From: Mustelus asterias
Lineage: Eukaryota
Direction of reading: 5' to 3'
Length of the DNA: 64,000 nt
Assembly: GCF_964213995.1 (NCBI RefSeq)
Contig: NC_135823.1
Location: 248,001 to 312,000, forward strand
Position numbers and translations under genes: made by a program. Positions 1-11,888 of the stretch are shown one piece after another (within the stretch, counting starts at the first letter, position 1; each line of letters opens with the position of its first letter). The notes under the pieces were generated by a model. The model was not told the DNA's origin, did not search any database, and saw only the letters and a program-made list of their open reading frames with translations.

Positions 1-820
1 GAAAATTTGGGCAAAGAAATGGCAGATGGAGTTCAATCCTGATAAATGCGAAGTGATGCATTTTGGTAGAAATGATGGAGGGAGGAGCTATATGATAAAT
101 GGCAGAACCAGAAAGGGTGTAGATACGCAGAGGGACCTGGGTGTGCAAGTCCACAGATCCTTGAAAGTGACGTCACAGGTGGAGAAGGTGGTGAAGAAGG
201 CATATGGCATGCTTGCCTTTATAGGACGGGGCATAGAGTATAAAAGTTGGGGTCTGATGTTGCAGATGGATAGAACGTTGGTTCGGCCGCATCTGGAATA
301 CTGCATCCAGTTCTGGTCGCCACACTACCAGAAGGACGTGGAGGCTTTGGTGAGAGTACAGAGGAGGTTTACCAGGATGTTACCTGCTATGGAGGGGCTT
401 AGTTATGAGGAGAGATTTAGTAAACTGGGGTTGTTCTCCCTGGAAAGACGGAGGATGAGTGGAGACTTAATAGAGGTGTATAAAATTATGAAAGGCATAG
501 ATAGGGTGAACGGTGGGAAGCTTTTCCCCAGGTCGGTGGTGACGTTCACGAGGGTAATAGGTTCAAGGTGAAGGGGGGGAGGTTTAACACAGGTATCAGA
601 CGGACATATTTTACACAGAGGGTGGTGGGGGCCTGGAATGCGCTGCCAGGCAAGGTGGTGGAGGCGGACACACTGGGAACGTTTAAGACTTATCTAGACA
701 GCCATATGAACGGAGTGGAAATGGAGGGATACAAAAGAATGGTCTAGTTTGGACCAGGGAGCGGCGCGGGCTTGGAGGTTCGAAGGGCCTGTTCCTTTGC
801 TGTATTGTTCTTTGTTCTTG
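1..820 (+). mobile_element. CR1/HER1-like LINE 3' fragment (RT C-terminus and 3' UTR)
   Basis: ORF 26-571 has CR1 motifs MEFNPDKCEVMHFG, LVRPHLEYC.QFWSP and RGDLIEVYKIM, followed by a ttctttgttc-type tail. Confidence 0.9.
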
Positions 821-984
821 TTGAGTCAGACACGTCCCCCAAGCAAGCCAACGTCGCTTGAAAATTAACACTTATCTCCTTGCTCCCTCTCCAATGCCTT
901 GCCGCCTGTTCCTCGCTTATCAAGAGTTACACCAAACCCCGGTGACCTCTGGCAGCGATGTGACTGGATATCACTTGGCCACTG

Positions 985-1240
985 GATCTGCGGTCGGGTT
1001 TGACTCCCGGTTTGTGTCACTGCCTGTACAGAGTTTGTACGTTTTCCTCGTGCGTCCGTTTCCTCCGGGACCTCCGGTTTCTTCCCACAGTCCGAAAGAC
1101 GTGCTGGTTAGGTGCCTTGAGTATGCTAAATTCACCCTCAGTGTACCCGAACAGGCGTTGGAGTGTGGCAACTGTGGGATTTTCAAATAATTTCATTGCA
1201 GTGTTAATATAAGTCTACTTGTGACTAATAAACAATCAAC
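985..1240 (+). mobile_element. HE1-like tRNA-derived SINE (degenerate)
   Basis: B-box-like gggtttgactcccgg, then the SINE body cttcccacagtccgaaagacgtgctggttagg shared with other copies in the window. Confidence 0.75.
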
Positions 1241-1614
1241 TTAAATAAATGAATAAACTAATGACATTCCAGTTAAAGTATTGGCATCATCATTGGGTTT
1301 CCGCCTGCTTTGTGTCAGAACCCAGGAGCGGTGGGAAAGGCATTTCCGGTTTATCCTGATAACTCTTACGCCCGTCGCGAATCCCTTGTTTCCGCCGACG
1401 CCCCATTCACCAGCGCAGCGGGATTCCCGCCGGTCGCCTGAAGATGTCAGAGAGTCGCCCCCTTCTGCTCAGGCAGAGAAATCCACCAGTCACATAATCG
1501 CACAGGATTCATATTGGTAATTAAAACAGATTTCAGTTCCACTCAGATTATGTTTAAGCATAACAATTATTGGTCAATGGAAACATTTGGTGCAGTGTTA
1601 GAATCGAAGAATGA

Positions 1615-1620
1615 TTTATT
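1615..1620 (-). promoter_or_regulatory. Candidate polyadenylation signal of gene A
   Basis: AATAAA on the minus strand about 340 nt downstream of the predicted stop at 1962-1964. Confidence 0.4.
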
Positions 1621-1961
1621 TTGCTTACATAAAGGAATCTTAAAACAAATAACAATCCCGTCATTAACTGGAGTTACAGAATCCGTATTGAAAGCTGAGG
1701 TACAAAAACAAGGAAGGCCCCAGTGTGTCATTTCACACTTGAATGACCTTACTATAGTAGAATATCTTTCACAATGCTGAAGAAAACTCGCTACACATTT
1801 GATAAAATGAGCCAGTCTTTCTAATCTGCGGCCAGTATGCGGGAAAAGTTAAGCTGTTTGAGGGGAATGTACTTGCTCCCATGTTGAATTCCACAGAGCA
1901 GAGCATACATTGGTAATTCCAGTCTCCTGCGTCATACATCACAGACAAAATTCCCCGATTC

Positions 1962-2033
1962 TCATTTCCGGTTCTTCTTTTTTGACCTTATTTCCAATGC
2001 AGCCAAATCCAGGGACGCGTAGAGGGGTCCACC
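1962..2033 (-). CDS. Gene A terminal cytoplasmic exon: GGPLYASLDLAALEIRSKKKNRK*
   Basis: Acceptor atatttcccagtctcag, phase 0, 72 nt ending in TGA. YASL motif is typical of immune-receptor tail exons. Confidence 0.7.
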   Translation of the reverse strand, partial: GGPLYASLDLAALEIRSKKKNRK

Positions 2034-2143
2034 CTGAGACTGGGAAATATATTCAACAGAAATGATCGAAGTGGTTCAAATAATGGGCTTTTACCCCAAA
2101 TTAATTCCAATGCATTTTATTACAAGGGGTTCAATGCACTCAC

Positions 2144-2193
2144 CTGTATTCCACGCTGCGTTTTCAAGTTTCTGTCTGTTTGACGGTGATCCC
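2144..2193 (-). CDS. Gene A cytoplasmic exon: (G)DHRQTDRNLKTQRGIQ
   Basis: Acceptor cccatag, donor CAG|gtgagt, 50 nt, phase 1->0. It joins the TM exon to the YASL exon in frame; the downstream intron is 110 nt. Confidence 0.65.
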
Positions 2194-2289
2194 CTATGGG
2201 TTAAGCATTAAACTATGAATTTAGATATCACCCAACCTATACAATCTATAATTACATAAAGACATCGTGTACCGATATGCCAAAAATGT

Positions 2290-2560
2290 AAAGTTTATTT
2301 AACAGTGTCACAAGTGGACTTACTTGCAAAGAAGTTACTGTCTAAATCCTCTCGTCGTCATGCTCTGGCGCCTGTTCAGTCACACTGAGGGAGAATTTCA
2401 CATCACCCGCGCACCTAACCAGCACATCTTTCGGACTGTGGGGGGAAACTGGAGCATCCGGAGGAAACGCATGCAGACAGTGACCCAAGCCGGGAGTCGA
2501 ACACGGATTCTTCACGCTGTGAGGCAGCTGTGCTAACCACTGTGCCACCGTGCCACCCCA
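2290..2560 (-). mobile_element. HE1-like SINE
   Basis: Reverse complement of head ggggtggcacggtggcacagtggttagcacagctgcc plus the conserved body. Confidence 0.8.
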
Positions 2561-3059
2561 ATATGTTCACAGGCCGCACAGCCACTTAAATTTTGCCAAC
2601 ACGGCAGATCTGCCACAACGTTTCATTGTCAGTTAGACATAGCTCTGGAGACGAAGCGGATCAAAGGATCAAACGGGGGAAGCCGTGATCAGGCTATTCA
2701 GATGGGTGATCAGCCATGACCATGGTGAATGGCGGAGCAGAATCAAAGGACAGGATGGCATCCTCCTGCTCCTATTTTGTATGTGTCTATGTTATGCGGC
2801 AAATGCTTGATTGAGGAAAATCTCACACCAGTACTTGTCACTGACTGTCCACCTGGTATCCCACAACCTGTATTAATATCAACAGTTTTCCCTTTATTGA
2901 AACCCAACAGATACATTAGTGATTGTTGAACTTGCTGAAGGTCAGAAACACACATTGTAGACGGAAATAGTAAGCACACACATTGAGGCGAATTAAATGA
3001 AACAAAGTAGGGGACAGCCATTCCCTGGCTCATTCTTCGGGCCAATGCCTTGGCCAATC

Positions 3060-3770
3060 AGTCAAACGACCTCTTTTTAATTTTTCAGCAAGTAGTAAAT
3101 AAGACAAGTGATCTGTTGGTCTTCATAGCGACATGATTCGAGTATAGGAATGGGATGTTTTACTGGAATTGTATAGGGCGTTCGTGAGAAATATTGTGTA
3201 CAGTCTTGTAATTCCTATCTGAGGAACGATCTACCTGCTATACAGGGAGTACAGCGAAGGCTTACCAGCTGATTCCTGGATGGCAGGGCTGTTACATGAG
3301 GAGAGACAAAGTCGGTTCGGATTGTATTCACTGGAGTTTAGAAGAGTGAAAGCGGGATTTCAAAGGAACAGATAAAGTTTTGACAGGATTCGATAGGGTA
3401 GATTGAGAAAGAATGTTCCCAATGGTGAAGGAGTCCAGAAAAAGGGATCATAGATTGAGGATACAGGGGAAACGTTTTCGAACTGAGGTGAGGAGAAACG
3501 CCTTCACCCAGAGGGTGGTGAATGTGTGGAATTCGCTACCACAGAAAGTAGTTGAGGCCAAAACGTTCTGTGATTTCAAGAAGAATTTAGATGTAGCTCT
3601 TGGGGCTAAATGGATTAAAGGATGTGGGGTGGGGGGCGGGGTGGGGGGATGGAGGGGTGGGGGAGGGGGATCAGGATATTGAATTTGATGATCAGCCATG
3701 ATCATAATGAAGAGCAGAGCAGGTTCGAAGGACCGAATGGCGTTATCCTCCTTCTCGTTTCTATGTTAAC
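3060..3770 (+). mobile_element. Degenerate CR1-like LINE 3' fragment
   Basis: FRTEVRRNAFTQRVVNVWNSLP motif in ORF 3413-3682, with frameshifts upstream. Confidence 0.8.
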
Positions 3771-4415
3771 AAATGTAGGCAGATAACGGGCAATCATCAG
3801 TTAACTGCAGCATTCTCCATAAAAAGGCTGCAACCAATCAGAGTCCTTTTGCTAAACAGGGAAATAATGTCTCAGGAAGAATGCACAATTGTTCCCCTTA
3901 CATCTGTTATTCTTGTGTTTTTTTGCTGATGAACACAAGGCCAAAAGCCTGGATGATGTGTTTTTTTTCAGCAAATCTCAAGGAGTGCAGTTATTCAAAT
4001 TTTCTTTCAAACAAGTCTCTGCAGTTAACTGTCAGCACCAATGCCCTGGCACGTTCTCCATAGGAACGCGTATGCCAATTAACTTCCACTTCAATTCTTT
4101 CATTCGGATCCTTAATCTCCGCTAACATTTCAAAGAAACCTACCCGTGTGTCGCTCCTTACGTCCCTCGTGCTGCCTTCTCTCGCTCAAGCTAAAATTGG
4201 ATGTGGGAAAAGAACACCAAACAAATGTTAGATCTTGGATATTCTATCTCAGGTGCTGCACCTTGTTGAAAATAGGATTGTCTCGTGATCTTACAGAAAT
4301 CATAGAAAATAGAGACTCACACCGCTGGAATCAGTTTGCAAATTGAAACCGGTTTGACAAAATGTAAAACAGAGAAAGGTGGACGATGGTGAAATTTGCA
4401 CATGGTTCTACTCAC

Positions 4416-4446
4416 GTTTCATTGTGGGATCCCCTGTCTCTGTCTT
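4416..4446 (-). CDS. Gene A candidate 31-nt cytoplasmic micro-exon (EDRDRGSHNE); frame ambiguous
   Basis: Acceptor ttcgattttag, strong donor AAC|gtgagt, 102 nt from the TM exon. At 31 nt it shifts the frame; an internal AG gives a 24-nt in-frame version. Confidence 0.4.
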
Positions 4447-4548
4447 CTAAAATCGAAGAACATATGATTAGCTAATTAAAAACTACAAAGAGGAAATCGT
4501 ATTGGAGAAACAGGTATTAAAATATTCCAGATAATTATGAATCCTCAC

Positions 4549-4650
4549 CTGATGTGTCATTTTTACAACTCCAAATGGAAATAAGGACCAACAGTAGAAT
4601 CAGTATGACCAGGACAGTAATTCCAACATAAATCGTCTGTCTGCACCATT
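4549..4650 (-). CDS. Gene A transmembrane exon: (E)WCRQTIYVGITVLVILILLLVLISIWSCKNDTS
   Basis: Acceptor tttttctctatag, donor CAG|gtgagg, 102 nt, phase 1->1, about 21 contiguous hydrophobic residues. Too short to appear in the ORF track. Confidence 0.85.
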
Positions 4651-4911
4651 CTATAGAGAAAAACACTTAGAAACTGCCATCTGTCAAATCATTCCTTTCC
4701 GGGGTTCACTGAAGGGAAACGTGACCCAGTTAAAAAGGTGGAGTCACCAAAGCGGTGGGTAAATGTGGAAACTAAAACACAGTTAGTGGAATGGATAGTG
4801 GAGAATGAACACACAGAATGGAATTGATGGCAAAATATTTGCTAGTGGATATCAACTAATTAACAACACTATCAGAGTTGCCAATATTCACAGTGTATCA
4901 GAATGTATAAT

Positions 4912-5410
4912 ACCATAAGACCATAAGATATAGGAGCAGAATTAGGCTACTCGGCTAATCGAGTCTGCTCTGCCATTTAATCATGGCTGATATTTTTCTC
5001 ATCTCCATTCTCCTGCCTTTTCCCCATAACCCCTAATCCCTTATGAATCAAGAACCGATCTGCCTCTGTTCCAAAAAGATTCAATGACCTGCCCTTCACA
5101 GCCCACTACGTCAAAGATTCACCACTCTCTGGCTAAAGAAATTCCTCCTAATCTCTGTTTTAAAGGATCGCCCCTTTAGGGCAACCTGATTCCAGTTTTT
5201 CCTCCTCGTGGAAACATCCTCTCCACGTCCACTCTATCCAGGCCTCGCAGTATCCTCTAGGTTTAATAAGATCCCCCCTCATCCTTCGAGACTCCAACGA
5301 GAACAGACCCTGAGTTCTCAACTGTTCCTCATACGACAAGTTATTCATTCCAGGGATCATTCTTGTGAACCTCCTCTGGACCTTTTCCAAGTCCAACACT
5401 TCTTTCCTTA
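4912..5410 (-). mobile_element. CR1-like LINE 3' fragment
   Basis: LEKVQRRFTRMIPGM..LSYEE motif and (accataag)n tail. Confidence 0.85.
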
Positions 5411-5689
5411 GACACGATGAAAGCATCATAGAAAATTCTTATTTGTGAACAGAGTCATGGAAGGATAATGCCCAGAAGGAATCTAGTCGATCCATCCTTC
5501 CAATGTTGTCTCTTTGATTGTCGCAACTCCAACTCCTCGTTTCACCCATGGTCCTGGAAACGAATCCCCTTCAAGTATTTGCTCAGTTCTCCTATTGGAC
5601 ATTCCTATTGAATCTGTGCACTCCGTCTTTTCCAGATCCTCCTTCCCAAAGCGCCATTGTGTAAAAAAAAAATCATCAGAGCATTGAGT

Positions 5690-6290
5690 GCAGGAGTTGA
5701 GACGTAATGTTCCAACTGTACGAGACATCAGGAAGGCCACATCTGGAGTACTGCGTATAATTCTGGTCGCCCTGCCATAGGAAGGATGCTATTAAACTGG
5801 GAACGGTGCACAAAAAGAATTACAATGATGTTACCGGGACTGGAAGGTTTGAATTATAAGCAGAGGCTGGATAGGCTGGGACCTTTTTTTCCTGAGCGTA
5901 GGACGATGAGGGGTGAACTTAGAGAAATGTATAAAATCATGAGATGCATCAATAAGGCGAGTAGCCTATGTCTTTTCCTCAGGGTACGGGAGTCCAAAAC
6001 TAGAGGGGATAGATTTAAAGTGAGAGTGGAAAGATTGGAAAGGGACGTGAGGGACAAGTTTTTCCACACAGAAGGTGGTGCATATTCGGAATGAGCTGCC
6101 AGAGGTGGCGGTAGAGGTGGGAAGAATTACAACATTTAAAAGACATTTGAACAGGTACACGGATGGGAAAGTATTAGACGAATATGGGTCAAACGCTGGC
6201 AAATGGGAGTAGTTCAGATTAGGAAGCCTGGTTGACATAGATTGGATGGGCAGAAGGGCCTGTTTCGGTGCTGTATATCTCTACGACTCG
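5690..6290 (+). mobile_element. CR1-like LINE 3' fragment
   Basis: ORF 5786-6094 reads MLPGLEGLNYKQRLDRLG...SKTRGDRFKV. Confidence 0.8.
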
Positions 6291-7439
6291 ATGTCTCCCT
6301 CTCGCTCTTTGTACCAAGCCTCTTCAGTCTGTGTCCCCCTGGTTACTGACCCTACTGTCGACACATGCTGACCCTACTGTCAGTGGAAGAGATTCTCATT
6401 TTTTTTTACTAATCAAATGCTCTCATGTTTGGAACTTCGATTACATGTCTTAACCTTGATTGCTCGAAGGAGTACAAGCCCAGCTCTTCCCCTCTCTCCA
6501 CTTTAACTGAATTCACTCATTCCCAGTACCATCCTGGTAATTCTGCTTTGTGTCTCCTCCAAGCGTTTGATATTCTTCCCAAAATATGGTGCTCGCAACT
6601 GAAGACAATGCTATTAACGTGGCTAACCAGTGATTCGAATATATTTAAATTAACGTCCCAGCTTGATTTCTCAATTTTAAAAGTTCAGGATACATGTTTA
6701 TGCCTTCAGCAGCCTCCTGAGTTTATCCTTCCATCGACCAAGATTTATGGAATCTCAGAATGATTGCAGCACACACGGAAATCATTTAGCTGATGCTAGA
6801 AAGACGGAGGCTAAGGGGCGACATGATAGAAGAAGTTTATAAAATTATGAGAACAATTGATAAGGTAAAGAGTTAGAAGCCTTTTCTCAAGGACAGGAAT
6901 GACAATTACAAGGGGGCACAATTTCAAAGGAAGGGAGAAATGCTTAGTGGAGATGTGCGGGGTGGTGAGGCCCTGGAATGCACTGCCATGTGAGGTGGTT
7001 GAGGCAGACACGTCAGCGACATTTAAGACTTATTTGGATAGACACATGAATGGGGGTGGTGCGACGGGGGTGGGGGGTGGAGGGCGGGGTGTGGGTGGGG
7101 GTGGAGGGTGGAGGAGGGATACAGGCGGTTGGTCTAGATAGGACAACGTGATCGGTGCATGTTGGTGGGCCGAAGGGCCTGTTCCTGTGTTGTACAGTTC
7201 TTTATCTTTGTTGTTTGGTATCTGCACTACAGGTCTCCAAGAACAACTAAGTCACATTCCTCTAATATTCCCCTCGACCTTGCTTTTTTTACCCATTCCA
7301 TATAAATCTCCAATTCGCTGTGGGCAGCCTCGAGTGATTGGGCCTCCAGTGCAGTTCCAGATTCTGCATTTCAGATCCTCACTATTCGCTGCACATTAAA
7401 TGGCAGAATGAAAAAAAGATGAAGTGGAAGTTAGTTGGT

Positions 7440-8330
7440 GGAGGCGTTGCCATGGGCACCAGTGGAAATGGTCGGGAGCTTTAGGTTTCTAGGTGTTCAC
7501 ATTACCAACAATCTGCCTTGGTCCCTCCACGCCGATGCTATCGTTCAGAAAGCCCACCAATGCCTTTACTTTCTCAGCGGGTTAAGGAAATTCGGAATGT
7601 CCGTTACGCCTCTCACCAATTTTCACAGATGCAGTATAGAAAGCATCCTTTAGGGGGGTATCACAGCATCGTATGTCTCCTTCTCTGTCCAAGGCCACAA
7701 GAATCTACAATGGGTTGTGAACGAAGCCCAATCCCATCACGCAAACCAGCCTCCCATCCATTGACTCCATCTACACTTCCCACTGCCTCGGAAAAGCGGC
7801 CACCATAACCAAGGACCCCATGCACCCCGGACATTCTCTCCTCCACCTTCTTCGTCGGGAAAAAATATATAAAAGTCTACGGTCACGTATCAATCGACTC
7901 AAGAACAGCTTCTTCCCTGCTGCCATCAGACTTTTGAATGGAATTGCTATATTTTCAGTTGATCTTTCTCGACAGGTTATGTATGACTGTCGCTCGAGAT
8001 TCTACACACTCTCGTTTCCTTTTCCCCATGTACTCTATAAATGGTGCGCTTTGTATTGCACGCAAGATACAATAATTTTCACTGTATCCCAATACATGTG
8101 ACAATAATAAATCAAATCTATATGGTCTGTGAACGGTATGCTTTGTCTCTAGAGCGTGCAAGATACAATACTTTACACTGTATCCCAATACATGTGACAA
8201 TAATAAATCAAATCAAATCTACGTACTCTATGAACGGTATGCTTTGTCTGTATAGTGCGCAAGAATCAATACTTTCCACATTAGCCCAATATATGTGACA
8301 ATAATAAATCAATTCAAGTCAAATCAAATT
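7440..8330 (+). mobile_element. Rex1/Babar-like LINE 3' part with triplicated terminal unit
   Basis: FRFLGVHITNNLPWSLH..IVQKAHQCLYFL..LRKF and RLKNSFFPAAIRLLN motifs, plus aataaatcaaatc tails. Confidence 0.75.
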
Positions 8331-9029
8331 GATGGGGACTGACATTTAACTGTCATTAATGCCGCCATTGTTTCTTTTGCCAATCTATTTAAATTCTCGG
8401 CCCTCTCCGCCTTTGTGAATCGTTTCATCTTCGCTGCTCTGTCCAGACTATTCAGGATTTTCACCACATTTCTCACATCTCCTCTTCACCTTCAGCTATT
8501 TCAGGAAACCAGCCCTCGCTTGTCAACGCTGTCCAGTTGACTGAAGTTCCTCATCTTTATATGACCATTTCGTGAATATTTCTTTCTGCACCCTCTTCAT
8601 ATTTCTCCTAAATTGTGGTGCTATTAACTGAACACAGTTAAGACCGAATCAGAATTCTGCAGAATTTTGCTATTGATTTGATGTATCATTATTGTCACAT
8701 CTATTGGTATGGAGTGAAACGTATTGTTTCTTGTGCACTATACAACAACACTGACATTTCACAGCATACACAGATTTGATTTGATTTGATTTGATTTATT
8801 CTTGTCACACCTATTGGGATACAGTGAAAAACTTTCCCTCTTGCGCGCTACACAGACAAAACATACCGTTCACAGAGTACATAGGGGATAAATAAATGAG
8901 AGGATGCAGAATATATTGTCACCTTCATAGCGAGGGAGTAGAGGAAGATCAGCTTGATATAAGGTAAAAGCAAAATACTGGAAAATCTCAGCAGGTCTGA
9001 CAGCGTCTGAGGGTAAACACAGTAAGAAG

Positions 9030-9230
9030 TTTAACCCCACTTTACCCCAATCCAACGCCGGCATCTCCACATCAGCGTCTGAGGGGACAGAATAGAACCA
9101 AAGTTTCGAGTCTATTTGACTTTTCGTCAGAGCTTTGAAGAAGGGTCATCTAGACTCGAAGTGTTGGCTCAATTCTCTACCCACAGATGCTGTCGGACCT
9201 TTTGAGATTTTCCAGCATTTTTTGGTTTGG
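9030..9230. mobile_element. Penelope-derived inverted-repeat remnant with hammerhead-like cores
   Basis: PLE terminus (ttaccccaatccaacgccggcatctccacatca) and an inverted pair of CUGANGA..GAAA-like motifs near 9100-9165. Confidence 0.5.
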
Positions 9231-9509
9231 CATAAGGTATGTCCATTCAAAAGTCTGATGGCAGCAAGAAAAAAAACTGTTCTTGAGTCGGTTGGTATGT
9301 GATCTCAAACTTTTGTATCTTTTTCCCGACGAAAGAAGGTGGAAGAGATAATGTCCGGAGTGAGTGGGGTCCTCGATTATGCTGACAGCTTTTCTAAGGC
9401 AGCGAGAAGTGTAAACTTGCTTCACTCCTTTTCGATTCTGTGACTCGATTTCGAAATCTCTGGATCTTCTATGCTTTCCTAACCGCCTGTCATCTCCAAC
9501 GATTTGCAG

Positions 9510-10000
9510 GTGGCAGCATGGTGGTAGTAGTGCTGCCTCACAGCGCCAGGGAGCCACGTTCGATTCCCGCCTTGGATGCCTGTCTGTGTGGAGTCAGCAC
9601 ACTTCCCCCCGCTCTACATGTCTTTCCTTCGTGTGCTCTGCTTTCCCCCACAGTCCAAAGATGGGCAGGTTAGTTGGATTGGCCATGCTAAATTGCCCCT
9701 CAGTGTCCATCAATGTGTGGTTCAGTTGGATTGGCCAAGCTAAATTGCCCCTTAGTGTGCAGCAATTTGCGGTTGAGATGGATTGGTCATGCTAAATTGC
9801 TCCTTAGTTGTTCAGAATGCGAATGTTCGGTGGATTTGTCATGCTAAACTGCCTCGGAGCGTCCCAAGTTGTGTAGGTTAGGGGGATTCACGGGTAAATA
9901 CGTGGGGTTACGGGGATCGGGCCTGGGTAAGATGAGAGTCGGTGAAGACTTGGTGAAATAAATGTCCTCCTTCTGCACGGTAGGATTGTATGATTTGTAT
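9510..10000 (+). mobile_element. HE1-like SINE with internally multimerised ~52-bp unit
   Basis: Head gcagcatggtggtagtagtgctgcctcacagcgccaggga, then about 4-5 copies of ggattggccatgctaaattgcccct.agtg. Confidence 0.75.
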
Positions 10001-10746
10001 AGATTCACGGCTAGGCAATTATTTACCGTGCGACGGATGAGTTGGAATCGTTTCCAACAAACCAAGTTCAATATTTGCTCTAAATTCATATCAAAGAGAA
10101 GCATTGGGCGAGACGTAGTCCATTCAGCCCATCGAGTTTATTTCCAAATGATCATGGCTGATTAATAATGATGTATAAAGTTACTGACATTAGGATGCAA
10201 AATGTAAATTAAACTTATGTATGAGGAGGTAGTTATAGATTGATCAATAGGCTTCCTGGAGCAAAATGAAGTAATTTATTAACCGCTTTTCTGGGCAAAT
10301 ATGTCAATTTCACCTCTTGTCTATTGTCTGTTTGTAAGTTACCTGCAGTGTAGATCTGATCTCACCCCATTCCGAGATTCACTTCCCGAAAAGGAAGTTG
10401 GGAGCAAATAATAACCTTTAAAAGGCACATCACATCATGACATGAAGGAGAAAACTTGGAAGGGCTAGGGGTAAAATGGTGGGCAGAATAGCACAGCTCT
10501 TTCGAAGAGAGAGTCTCGGCATAATGGGCTGAATGAGATCGTTCTGGATGCATTGCTCAAAGATCTTACATTTTTTCAGAAATATAAAGTGAAACGGGGA
10601 AGTGTGTATCAAAGACGAATACATTTTTGGCAGGTGCAATTCTAATGCAGTCTGACATATTTTAACAATTGAACGCACACCCACGCTCTGATAAATATCT
10701 ATCTATCTCACACATACGCTCAGATATTTATCTACACACGCACATG

Positions 10747-10874
10747 NNNNNNNNNNNNNNNNNNNNNNNNNNNNNNNNNNNNNNNNNNNNNNNNNNNNNN
10801 NNNNNNNNNNNNNNNNNNNNNNNNNNNNNNNNNNNNNNNNNNNNNNNNNNNNNNNNNNNNNNNNNNNNNNNNNN
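10747..10874. other. Assembly gap inside the gene A C1-TM intron
   Basis: Run of N flanked by gctcagata/CA-rich repeats. Confidence 1.
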
Positions 10875-11468
10875 GCTCAGGCAAATAACATTATAAACTC
10901 ACGCTCAGATATTTATCTATATACACACACACTCAGCTATAAAACTATATGCACACAAGCTCAGATACATAACTATCTACACAGACGTTCAGAGTTATAC
11001 TTATGCACACGCACGTCTAAGTCTGAGGTCACCACCGACCGATTCAAGAACAGCTTCTTCCCTGCTGCCATCGGGCTTTCGAATGAATCTACCTTATATT
11101 AAGCTGATCTTTCTCTACACGCTAACAATGACTGTAACACTACATTCTGCACCCTCTCCTTTCATTCTCCCCTCCGGACTCTATGAACGGCATGCTTTGT
11201 CTGCATAGCGCAGAAGGAACATTACTTTTCAGTATATCCTATGTGACAATAATAAATCAAATGAAATCAAACGAACATGCGATCAGATATATATCTGCAC
11301 AAACACACACAGACACAGACACACACACACACACACACACACTCACACACACACTCATATATACTTATACACACACATACATATTCCCAGATGCCTGGGA
11401 TCTACTAAATTAATCCAATTGACTCTAAAGTTGAACAAAAGTCTTCAATGTACAGAGTAGCATCTCAC

Positions 11469-11798
11469 CTTTCCATTTTTCAGTTGCTTTGGGATTCGAA
11501 ACACTCTTCGTCCAATATTGCCCTGGAGTCCCCAGTTCAACAATACAAGTACAGACAGCGCCGCTTTTCCAGGTTTCCCCCGACACCATGACGTGACTTC
11601 TGATTCTGTAGGTCCCGTCGCCCTCCATTGTCCCGGGATCACTCGATCCCTCAGTGACCAAGCCGGAAATATTCCAGAAAATAGCAATCTGGTTGGAAGA
11701 AACTCCACTGACCAAACACACTAAGGGCACGGTATCATTCACATCCAGCTGAGCCGGCGGGACAAATATCAGCACAGTCGTCTTCTTCGTAGAACTGT
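11469..11798 (-). CDS. Gene A C1-set Ig constant-domain exon
   Basis: Acceptor ctctgtccag, donor AAG|gtgaga, 330 nt, phase 1->1. Reads TVLIFVPP...VPLVCLVSG...IFWNISG...GDGTYRIRSHV...ETWKSGAVCTC; CLV, W, DGTY..RS and W.SG..C are C1-set hallmarks. Confidence 0.92.
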
Positions 11799-11888
11799 CT
11801 GGACAGAGATTGGGACACAGTTCACGATTAATTCACACCAAATGGCGTTGCTGTGCAGAATCTGAATTCATTTCACTTGCTCTCTTAC

